Shown here: piece after piece, positions 53,267 to 64,000 of the stretch
Position numbering within the stretch: the stretch's first letter is position 1
Layout: each line of letters begins with the position of its first letter
Source of the DNA: the human T2T-CHM13v2.0 reference genome, Homo sapiens
Assembly: GCF_009914755.1 (NCBI RefSeq)
Contig: NC_060926.1
Strand: one strand, 5' to 3'
Length of the DNA: 64,000 nt
Notes under the pieces: generated by a model
Databases searched by the model: none
Seen by the model: the letters and a program-made list of their open reading frames with translations, nothing else
Told to the model about the DNA's origin: nothing
Position numbers and translations under genes: made by a program

Positions 53267-54459
53267 GGGTAGGGAGATGGCTGGAGGAGGACCTCTGTGA
53301 GGCTTTCCCAGGCCTTGAGCACCAAACCTCACAGCAGATCGCACGTCAAATGCAGTGGCATCACACGATAAATACAACTGATGAAGAAATATGTTAGTTG
53401 AGTTGCAATCACGTGGCTAAGATGAAAAAGGTAACTTTTTTGACTAATAATTAAGGTGCTAATTTTAAGTTTGTAGCTTATTTTTCCGGTTTTGAAGCCA
53501 TTTTTTAACTTTGAAGTGCTCATGGTTCTGGGGGTGACTATGCCCATGTTGCCTCCTGGATAAGGCGACCCTGAGGTGAGAGGCCAAATGTTTCCATCGG
53601 GTCACACCCTTATCTAGAGGCACAGTGCCCAGACACTGCCTATCAGTGGATGAATACAAGCCCTGAGAACGGGGCTGTGAAATCAATGCTAAGTGACATT
53701 GATTAGCTCCATCAATACATTATACTTTGTTGCAAACATCATTTGAGCCCTGAGCAATACGGTGCAATCTTAATTAATTACAGAGACAAGCCACAAACAG
53801 AAACTGAGAGTCCACAGTTTACAGAGAGAGGGAGACGCAGGTAACTTCACCACCAGAAGGGTCTCCAGCGTCGCCTTATTCTCTGCCTGGCATCTGAGAA
53901 ACCTCGATGAGCATAGAGCAGATTTAGAAGCCTCATCAGTCCCATACGGCTGGCCTAGAACAGAGACCGGCGATGACCTAATCCCGGCCAGAGCCGCTCA
54001 TGTTGCCGATGAGAAAGCTCAGGCCAGGGAGGGAGGGGACGGGGCTCGCCTGGGCTGATGCCCCATGGCTCTCATCTCCAGGCCTTGGTGGCTCTCTCTG
54101 CATCTTTTTGTTTTCTTGCACATTTATTTCCATGTGTCAAGAAAGAAGGCATGTTCAATACCCTGTCGCATCTCCTCTAGGGAAGTGTCAGTACATCAGT
54201 CTCCAGCACTGGTGCTCCAGGCACACTCGTGTTCGAGGAATTGAGAGTTATAAGAATCACCAGATCAGGGAAGTTAGGAAAAGGATGTAATTGGTATTTT
54301 GAGTAAGATCAGAAGCGCCGTCCCTACCCCAGCAAGACCTGAGGACGTTGCGCAAGTGACTGGCTGTGCCTCACGGTGGGTTTGCGCTGTTGTGCTCAGC
54401 CTGAAAGGGCAGAAGAGGAACAGCCTTTGGGTGCTGTGCCATGAACCAGGTGGGCAGTG

Positions 54460-54770
54460 TCCCGGCTCCCAGAAATGTTTTAAAAGCAGATAAGACAGCA
54501 TTTCCGGTCAGATTGGATTTGGGGGGCAGAGAGACAGGAATGAAGGATGCTCCAGTGCTTGGCCAGAGCACCTGCAAGACGGAGCTGCCATGAGCTGGAT
54601 AAGAGGGGCTGCAGGCTGGGGCGAGGCCGCGGCCAGGACTCCGTCTGGGATGCTGAGTTTTAGGTGACTGGATATTCAAGAGGAGAGGCGAGGTAGACGA
54701 CTGTGTGCTGAGGTCAAGAGTTCAGGGCAGAAGCTGAGGCTGGAGGACCTTGGCCGTCATCACAAGTGGG
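54460..54770 (-). mobile_element. L2 fragment
   Basis: GATTGGATTTGGGGG...AAGGATGCTCC...GGAGCTGCCAT...GAGTTCAGGGCAGAAG. Confidence 0.6.
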
Positions 54771-55628
54771 GGGTCCCAGGGGCACCCACTGTGTGCGTCC
54801 CAATAACAGCAGAGACTGAGCCAGGGCGGCCGATGTGAGGGGTGGAGTCAGAGGTCAGGTGTGAGGAAGAGCCAGTGGGCAGGAGAGAGACAGAGAGCCA
54901 GAGGCAGCGTCCTCGCCAGGACTCAGGCGGGGCCACATTATCATGGGGGTCCGGCCTGCACGGACAAAACCAAAACCCGATCCTCAGTGCAGCCTGGCAG
55001 ATTTCATGAGCACCTTCCTATGACTGAAAGCCACCCCTGAAGTGAATCCTGATGGGCTGTTGCGAACAAACTCTCAGAAGGGCTCCTCCAGATTTCTCTG
55101 AGACACGGATTCTAGAAAACATATTTTCTCTTTGTTGACAGCAAACAAGAAACTTGCGGTTGTGGGGAAGGTGCTGTCTGGCATCAATTTACTGATGCGC
55201 TTGAAGGCAAGGAGTGACCTGTGACCCACAGAGCCTGAGGCCAGAGAACATTTGGGTGCCATTAGGATGATTATTTGAACACTGATATGTTATATTAAAA
55301 TGTATATGAATTTTGTCCCTTGTTTCACAGTATTTTAATTTTTAATAAATAAAAAACAATAGTTTTACCCCCTACTATCTTTGACTAAAAGTGAGATTCG
55401 AGGAAGACACGATCAACAATCTCACAGTGGACGTATCCTCAGCCGTGCTCTCGTACCGCATGCTGGAGATGACCCGTGCGGGAAGGGGAGGATGAGCAGG
55501 CAGCTCTGAAGAGAACAGCACCTGCACCCTTGTCTGCGCTGCTTTTCCTTTCAAACCCTACTTGCACTTGGAGCTCCTCCTTCTACCATCTCCATGGGTC
55601 TAATTTGGTCAGACTTCTTCCCACACAG

Positions 55629-55874
55629 TGATTTATCCAAGGAAAGATTGGAGCGGTGCACGCCAGCCTCTGTCTAGATTTAAACTAAAAGAGCAAAGGG
55701 CATTTCAAGGCTTCCAAACAGGCTGGCCCAGCTCACGAGAGGATGGCCCCGTTCCCAGCAGCTCAGAGCGTGCGTTTGCCGGCTGCCACCTCTGTGCACT
55801 TCGCTTGAAGAAACCTGCAAAGATTGATTCTACTTGTTTTACCTTTTCCCTCCCCACCCATTTCTCCCTGCTTA
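55629..55874 (+). other. Candidate exon
   Basis: Branch-like CTAAT (~55600), acceptor CTTCTTCCCACACAG| and donor TTA|GTAAGT. Confidence 0.25.
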
Positions 55875-56059
55875 GTAAGTGCGGGTTTGTGCATTTTGCT
55901 ATGAAATAGGAGGAATAACCTCCTCAATCCTGACCAGGAGAAAGCATCTGTGACCTTATTATCAGGGGTTTTGGTAGCTCTCTCCTTGGCTAAGCCAATG
56001 TCTAAGAAATCTGCATGGCAGAAGGCCACCAAGGCCCTCAGAGTCTCAGAGTTTCTCAT

Positions 56060-56331
56060 CAGGGGCCTCCTGGAGGCCTTGGGGGCAAATATGGCTTACA
56101 CACATATTTTGTTTGGCCCTCACAGCATTAAAAAGTAGGCTAACATTTTTCAGAAATCAGGAGTTTATGTAAAAAACTCTATTGCCAGTTTTCCTTGAAA
56201 CAGGATGATTCTGACTCCAGAATATCCAAACCGCCCCAGCGTTGACTCAGCTGACCAGAGCCACAGACCAGCGGCCACAGGCACGTCATTCCTTGCCTGT
56301 GTCTGCAGGGGTCTGAGTTTGCAAATCCAAG
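56060..56331. mobile_element. MER102-like hAT-Charlie element
   Basis: CAGGGG...TTTTGTTTGGCCCTCACAG...AAATCAGGAG...TTCCTTGAAA...TGAGTTTGC. Confidence 0.6.
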
Positions 56332-56640
56332 TCCAGGTGATGCGTGTGATGTAACAGGAGCTCAGGGGCACTTTTGTCATGGAGAGAATATATGCAGGTA
56401 GGGGTTATGATTCTCCATGTTAAGATTTTATTTTATTTTTAAAATTTATCATCGATCATTGGTGGAGACAGAAGGGTGGGGGTGAGCAGTGCAGAGGCTT
56501 CGGGCAGCCCCGTCGATGGCCTGAAGCCTCTGCAATCTTCACCCTTCGGTGTCGCTTCAGAGCTCTCGGGAACACAACAACCAGAATGAAATCACAATAA
56601 AAGGAGAGTTGAAACTAGGGAATAAAGAGCTATAAAACTA

Positions 56641-56940
<300 letters not shown>

Positions 56941-57439
56941 TATAACATTTACAAAACTACTATATATACAAGGAAGTAAGTTATTTTTAAAATAAAAATA
57001 ACAAATTTCAAAAATAAAAAAGAAATGATTATGATTTGAAAAATAAATATTTAGTTATCAATATAAACAATATGAAGTATGAAAAAATATAATAATAACA
57101 ATTTTATTTAACAACAAAAATACTGAAATGTCAAGAAGACACACAAAGTTGAATATTATCAAATCCATATTTTTGGCATCAAAAATGGTCAAATAGCAAT
57201 TTCATATGGTTCAGACTAATACATGTTCATATAACTCTTATAATGCTTCCTGAGAGCTGGAGAAACACCCGTGCTTGGCCTCTTGCCAGCGAGAGCCCCT
57301 CATTATCAGTGGCTGGTGAGGAATATTCTCAGCTGACCTGAGATGCCCTCCTTAGCTCTTCCCACCGAGCCTGTGTGCCCTCACATAGAGGGTGTTGCGT
57401 GAGCACCTCCTCCTGTGGTCTCGCTCATTTCCTTTCTAG

Positions 57440-57787
57440 CTGCCCTGGCTTCTTTGTGTTGCTATAATAAAATACCTCAGATGGGGTAATTTATAAAGAA
57501 CAGCAATTTAACTCTCTGCTCTGGAGGCTGGAGGTGCAAAATCAAGGCACCAGTAGGACTGGGGTCTGGTGAGGCCCTAGGGGTTCCATCCAAGGTGGTT
57601 CCTTACTGCTGCTGCTTTTCGGGGGAACGGAGGCTGTGTCCTCACATGGAGGGAGGGACAGAGGGCCAGAGGGTAGGAAGAGTATGAACTCTCTCTGAAG
57701 CCTCTTTTATGAGGGCATTAATCACTTTCCCAAAGGCCCCACTTCCCAGTACCACCACACTAAGGGTCAAGTTGGATCATGGGTTTT
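57440..57787 (-). mobile_element. MSTD/MLT1A-type MaLR LTR
   Basis: TGTGTTGCTATAA...GGGTAATTTATAAAGAACAG...CTGTGTCCTCACATGG...CCCAAAGGCCCCAC. Confidence 0.8.
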
Positions 57788-58504
57788 TGTTGTTGCTGTT
57801 GTTGTTTAGTTGTGTAAGTTTCTTATATTTTTTGGATATTAAACCTTTATCAGCTATATGCTTTACAGATATTTTTTCCTAAACTGTAGGCTGCCTTTTT
57901 TTTTATTATTTTCTTTGTTGTGTGGAACTTTTTAGTTTGATGTAATCCCACTTGTTTATTTTTGCTTTTGTTGCCTGTGCTGTTACTGTCCTGTTCAAAA
58001 AATCATTGCCAAGTCCAATGTCAAGGAGCAAAACCAATTGTTTTTCTAGAGTCTTTCAGTTTCAGGTCTTTAATCCATTCTGAGTGTGTTTTCATGTATG
58101 TGCAAGATAAAGATCTAATTTCATTATTCTGCATGTGGATATTCAGTTTTCCCAGCACAATTTATTGACAAGACTATCCTTTCCCTATTGGGTCTTCTTG
58201 GTGCCCTTGTTGAAAATTAGTTGGCCACGGTTTATTTCTGGGCTCTCTTTTCTGTTCCACTGGCATATGTGTCTGTTTTTATACCAGTGCCATGCTATTT
58301 ACATTACTTTAGCTTTCTAATATAATTTGTAATCAGGAAGTGTGATGCTTCCAACTTTATTTTTCTTTCTTAGGCTTAGTTTGGTTATTTGTGGTCTTTT
58401 ACGATTCCATATGAATTTTAGGACTTTTTTATATCTGTGGAAAATACCATTGAAATTTTGATAGGCATTGCATTGAATCTCTTTATCACTTTGGGTATTA
58501 TGAC

Positions 58505-58747
58505 TTTTTTTTTTTAGATGGAGACTCACTGTCACCCAGGCTGGAGTGCAGTGGCGCAATCTGCAAGCTCTGCCTCCCAGGTTTTTGCCATTCTTCTGCC
58601 TCAGCCTCCTGAGTAGCTGGGACTACAGGCATCCGCCACCACGCCTGGCTAATTTTTTGTATTTTTAGTAGAGACGGGGTTTCACCATGTTAGCCAGGAT
58701 GGTCTGGATCTCCTGACCTCATGATCTGCCTGCCTTGGCCTCTCGAG
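58505..58747 (-). mobile_element. AluY-like, 5'-truncated
   Basis: GCAAGCTC, GCCATTC and TAGCCAGGATGGTCT diagnostic positions. Confidence 0.88.
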
Positions 58748-58868
58748 CATTTTAACAATGTCAATTCTTTTGATCTATGAACATAAAATACCTTCCCATT
58801 TATTTGTGTCTTCTTCTATGTCTTTCTATTTCACTAATGTTTTATAGTTTTTAGGGTACATATCTTTC

Positions 58869-59491
58869 TTTTGTAAATTTTATTTTACTTTAAGGTCTGG
58901 GATACATGTGCAGAACATGCAGGTTTATTACATAGGCATACATGTGCCATGGTGGTTTGCTGCACCTATGAACCCGTCATCTAGGTTTTAAGCCCCCATG
59001 CATTAGATATTTGTCCTAATGCTCTTCTTCCCCTTGACCCCCACCCCCCAACAGGCCCAGTATGTGATGTTCCACTCCCTGTGTCCATGTGTTCTCATTG
59101 TTCAACTGCCACTTATGAGTGAGAACATGCAGTGTTTGGCTTTCTGTTCTTGTGATAGTTTGCTGAGAATGATGCTTTCCAGCTTCATCTGTGTCCCTGC
59201 AAAGGACATGAACTCATCCTTTCTTATGGCTGCCTAGTATTCCATGATGTATATGTGCCACATTTTCTTTATCCAGTATGTCACTGATGGACATTTGGGT
59301 TGGTTCCAAGTCTTTACTATTGTGAACAGTGCTGCAATAAACATACGTGTGCATGTGTCTTTATAGTAGAATGATTTATAATCCTTTGGGCATATACCCA
59401 ATAATGGGATGGCTGGGTCAAATGGTATTTCTGGTTCTAGATCTTTGAGGAATCGCCACACTGTCTTCCACAATGGTTGAACTAATTTACA
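58869..59491 (-). mobile_element. L1PA7/L1PA8 3' fragment
   Basis: CTAGGTTTTAAGCCCC..CATGCATTAG 3'UTR and ORF2 C-terminus. 19-bp TSD TTTAGGGTAC(A/G)TATCTTTC at 58850-58868 and 59492-59510. Confidence 0.92.
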
Positions 59492-59685
59492 TTTAGGGTA
59501 CGTATCTTTCAACTCCTTGTTTAATTTATTCATAAGTATTTCATTCTTTTTGAGGCTATCATAAATGGAATTATTTCCTTGATTTCTTTTTCGGATAGGT
59601 CAATATTCATGTAAAAAAATGAGACTGATTTTTGGATGTTGATTTTGTATTCAGCAACTTCTCTGAATTCATTTATTACTTCTAA

Positions 59686-59687
<2 letters not shown>

Positions 59688-59721
<34 letters not shown>
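59688..59721. repeat. (GT)n microsatellite
   Basis: About 17 perfect GT units. Confidence 0.95.
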
Positions 59722-59724
<3 letters not shown>

Positions 59725-60242
59725 CTTTAGGGTTTTCTACATACCAGATCATGTCATCCACAGTAGGGATGTTTTTATTTCCACCTTTCTGATTTGGATG
59801 CCTTTTATTCCTTTTTCTTGTCTGATTGCTCATGCTAGTACTTCCAGGACTATGTTGAAAATAAGTGGTAAGAGTGGGCATCCTTACCTTCTTTTGGATT
59901 TTAGAGAGAAATCTTTCCATTTTCACCCATTGACTATGCTGTTAGCTACAGTTTTCATAAGTGGAATTGATTACGTTGAGGAAATTTCCTTCTAAACTTG
60001 CTTTGCTGAGTTTTCATCATGAAAGGGAACTGAACTTCGTCAAATGTTTTTTCTGTATTTATTGAGACGAGAGGGAGTTTTTTATTTTTCATTCTATTAA
60101 AGGAGGGCATCACATTGATTTTTGTGTATTAAACCACCCTGCATCTGCTGGATAATCCCACAAGGTCATGATGTGTAATCTTTCTAATTTGTTGTTGAAT
60201 TTCTTTGCCTAGTATTTTATAGTGAATTTTATATCTATGTTC

Positions 60243-60341
60243 CTTGGAGATATTGGACTATCATTTTCTTGTGGTCTTGGAGATATTGGACTATCATTTT
60301 CTTGTGGTCTTGGAGATATTGGACTATCATTTTTTTGTGGT
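60243..60341. repeat. 33-bp tandem triplication
   Basis: CTTGGAGATATTGGACTATCATTTTCTTGTGGT at 60243, 60276 and 60309. Confidence 0.95.
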
Positions 60342-61261
60342 GTCTTTGTCTGGCTTTGGTATCAGGGTGATGCTGGGATCATAAAATGAATTTGGAAGTA
60401 TTTTCTCTAGCTTCAGGTTTTGGAATAATTTAAATGTTAGCACTAATTTTTCTTTGAATGTTTGTTAGAGTTCAATCCTGAAGCCATCTGATCATGGGCT
60501 TTTCTTTGATGAGATTTTTGATTATTGATTCTCTCATTTGTTATTGGTCTGTTCAGATTTCTTTCTTCATGATTTGGTTTTGGTAGGTTGTATGTTGCTA
60601 GAAACTTATCCATTTCTTCTAGGTTATCCAATTTGTTTTATCCAATTTGTTTGTTTGAGATCTTTTTTTTTAATGTAGGCATTCATCACTAAAAACCTCC
60701 TTCTCAGAACTACTTGTGCTGCATAAAAGTTTTGGGGAGGATGAAAACACTTTTGTTTGTTTCATGATATTTAATTTTTAAAAAAAGTTTCTTTGGCCCT
60801 TTGGTTGTTCAAGAATGCATTGTTTAATTTCCACATATTTTTTAATTTTCCAGCTTTCCTCCTGTTATTGATTTCTAATTTAATATCATTGTGTTTGTAA
60901 AAGGTGATTGTTATGATTTCAGTCTTGTTAAGTTTGTTAGAACTTTATCCGTGGCTGAACATGTGCTCTGTCCTGAAGAGTGTTCTGCGTGTGCTTGAGG
61001 AGAAGCTGTGTTCAGCTGTGGGGGGACTGCTCTGTACCAGCACAGGTGGAGTGTGGCTCCTAAGGAAGTTTTACTGATGCATCCTCATCCTGGGGCCCTG
61101 AGATGTTGTATTCCTTGTGATTTCCTACGCATGCTACAGTTTATGCGGCAAGTATTACCTCTGAAAAATGCCACCAGCTGTGATGACTACCTGGGTTCAG
61201 GTTAGACTCTTCTTCTTAATGATTAATACAGGTTATTTTCAGACTAATTCAAAGGTATGAC

Positions 61262-61400
61262 ACAGGGCATGGAGCATGACTTTGGCATTGTGTGGACTTG
61301 GACTGGAACCCTGGCTTTGCCACCTCCTAGGTTTGTGACTGGGAAGTCTCACCTTCTTCACACGGATTCTTTTCTCTGAACGATTTGGATAACTAAGGAG
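61262..61400 (+). mobile_element. MIR fragment
   Basis: GAGCATGACTTTGG...CCTGGCTTTGCCACCTCCTAGGTTTGTGACTGGGAAGT. Confidence 0.6.
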
Positions 61401-61999
61401 GAGAAAGAAGGTTGAATGGAGTCTGAGGGGATTCTGAGAGTGGAGGGCTGGGGCTCCCCAGGTGTTTACCGTGGAATAATATTTGGTCACATTGTTGATT
61501 TCCTTGAACTTTCTTAAGAAGTAGTGTGCTGGGATGCTATTTTGTAACAAAGCTTCTCCCTACAGGAGAGATCTTACCTAACTTTTAAAAAGTAAGGGGT
61601 AAATTTACTGCTCAGGGAAGTTGTTTATGCATTGGAAGAATGAATTACCAGATGCCAGGACACAGACAGTGTTTAGATTGAGCTATTGGATGGTATTCAC
61701 TTGTGCACATGCATCATGAAGTTGAGTGATTTCTGACAAATGGCTCATGTGCTTTGTCAGCAGGTCCCTGTAGTGACTAGAGGAGCATTGTACAAATGTC
61801 TGGCAAAGCCATCAGGACCTTTGACAAACCCAGTCTTCCTGACATGCCCCCTCCTGCCGTATTAACTTTGTTCATCATTCTAATTTTCCTGAGGCACTAG
61901 AAAGACTATTGACTGAATCAAAGAGCTGTACTGAGAATTCACCCCAAGGCCCACACTAGCAACTCTAGCAGAACCGTCTTTATTTCAGAGGAATGTTGA

Positions 62000-62290
62000 G
62001 AGTTAAATCTGGGCCAATACAAACATAAGATGATGGCTGGGATGAGCAGGTGTGCAGAAAGGAGTGGTATTAAGAGATATTTAGGTGGAAAATGGACCAT
62101 GAGGACGAAGGCAGAGGACACGGTCTGTGTAACTGGATGGGGGTTGGTGATACCGCAGAAGCAGGGAGTTCACAGAAGGTCAGGGGTCATCAGGAGCCAG
62201 GAGAAGCTGCTGCACTTGATCAGAGATTGCTGAGTTTGAGGTGGATTTGGGATGTAAAAGTGGGTGACTCCTGTGCAAGCAGGCAACACT
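62000..62290 (-). mobile_element. L2 fragment
   Basis: GAGATATTTAGGTGGAAAATGGAC...AACTGGATGG...TGCTGAGTTTGAGG. Confidence 0.5.
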
Positions 62291-62454
62291 GTCTGCAAAG
62301 GTAGCTGATATCTTCTAAGGTCCTTGGCCAACCTGGACTCAGGTAGGTGTCCTGTTAACATCTTTTTAGTACTTTTAAATTTCTGTATCAAATAACAACG
62401 AGTAAGTCTACTTTTTTTTTTTTTAGCTTAGAAATCAGTATTTGGCTCAACTGA

Positions 62455-62795
<341 letters not shown>

Positions 62796-63277
62796 AGACC
62801 AGTAATATAAACGACTGCTCCAAAATCACAAATTAACTTGATGGCAGTATTAGGATTGAAATTATGGTTATCCAAAGCCACTCTGACCCACGAGATGACA
62901 GCATTCCTGTTTACCATATTCCTACAGGTTCTGCGGGGTGGAGTGGATGGCCATTGTGTGCTATGTGCTCTGAGGAAGCTTCTTCAACTGCTCTGCGAAC
63001 CGCAGCAGTTAAGTGTAGTATACAAGGCAGCTATGTGAATAGTGACCCAGATACAGACCAGTCTCAAGATAAACAAAAGGAAGATACCTCATCTGCAACC
63101 CATGGCCTGAGTTTTTCATAATACCCAGAATGGCAGTGCAAGGTTAACACTATGTTAGAAAGCTACCACTGGCTGGAGGATATGCCACGGGGACAAAACC
63201 AATAAAAAGCAGGACAGAGAAACCACCTTGCAGGAGCAAAAGAAATCAGCAAATTGAGATTTTTTGTTGTGACGTTT

Positions 63278-63407
63278 AGTGAGGTGGAATACTGAACGTA
63301 TTGCATCCTAATGGCGTCTTTGTCTCATACGGCTCACGTGTTGTACAGTGAGGTGGAATACTGACCGTATTGCATCCTAATGGCGTCTTTGTGTCACACG
63401 TTGTGCA
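63278..63407. repeat. 69-bp-period tandem duplication
   Basis: AGTGAGGTGGAATACTGA(A/C)CGTATTGCATCCTAATGGCGTCTTTGT at 63278 and 63347. Confidence 0.92.
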
Positions 63408-64000
63408 AGCACATTTCTATGAACACACACCCCAAGCGGGTTCTGCACTTACACTGCATCCTTAACTCACCTACATTTCTAAGGGTGTCTGCCTTCTTCA
63501 GCAGCCCTCCATGGCTGTCCACACCCTCCCACACCAGCCAACCTGAAACAAGGTTTCCTCTTCCTCTAGGAAATACTCAGGGTCTCGCTTCCTCCTTCAA
63601 CATCCATCCGTGTCTTCCACACCCCATCCTGAACCAGGCGCCCGAATTCCGAGTTCCGTGTTCCTTCTGTCACACGTGGCTAAAGACCGGCTGCTCCCTA
63701 GAAAATCACTGCTTTCCAAAGCGCACTGCCGAGTCTTACATGAAGTATTTTCTCTTTAGAGACATGAATTCTGATTCAGATATTTGCTTTCATTATAAGC
63801 CTTGGAGCAAAGAGTATAAAGGTGTTTTCTTCTAAAAGTTCCTTTGGTTGACCACGAATCCCCAGCCTCAGCTGTCTCCCTTAGTGCTGTTTGCTCCATG
63901 GATCTCTTACAGATGTGTGTCAAAGGCAGTTCATAAGCACAAAGACATCTGGAATACAAAGAGTCGCTATATAAAGACTAAAGACACCATGTTTATATTG

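Larger units (their letters stand above)
57790..61035 (-). mobile_element. Old L1M (L1MA/MB) ORF2, interrupted by AluY, L1PA7/8, (TG)n and a 33-bp triplication
   Basis: ORF2 fragments such as 60443-60631 ([16 protein letters not shown]), continuous antisense L1 signature. Confidence 0.85.

Overview
Primate (human-like) non-coding genomic DNA, probably subtelomeric given the high minisatellite density and GC/CpG-enriched old repeats. I recognise no protein-coding gene, RNA gene or prokaryotic-type system, and I cannot name the locus. About half the window is transposable elements: a near full-length L1PB1 (-), a long L1ME1-like element (+) hosting a young L1PA2/3 fragment, an MLT1D LTR and a complete THE1D provirus, several L1MA/L1MB elements (one with a twin-priming 5' inversion), HAL1, Alus, MaLR LTRs, MER20/MER82/MER102, MIR and L2. 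It also holds a CpG island (~3.0-4.1 kb), about ten tandem-repeat arrays (19, 22, 33, 51, ~60, 61, 68 and 69 bp units) and several dispersed local duplications. The most notable observations are a candidate THE1D-LTR-driven spliced transcript (DUX4-type site, TATA, strong donor, downstream exon), a 61-bp minisatellite born from an L1ME 3' end and later split by THE1D, templated copies inside an L1MB, motif-multiplying VNTRs, a pre-miRNA-like hairpin and a possible ancient retroviral RT remnant. Repeat subfamily names come from recalled consensus sequences and need RepeatMasker/Dfam confirmation.
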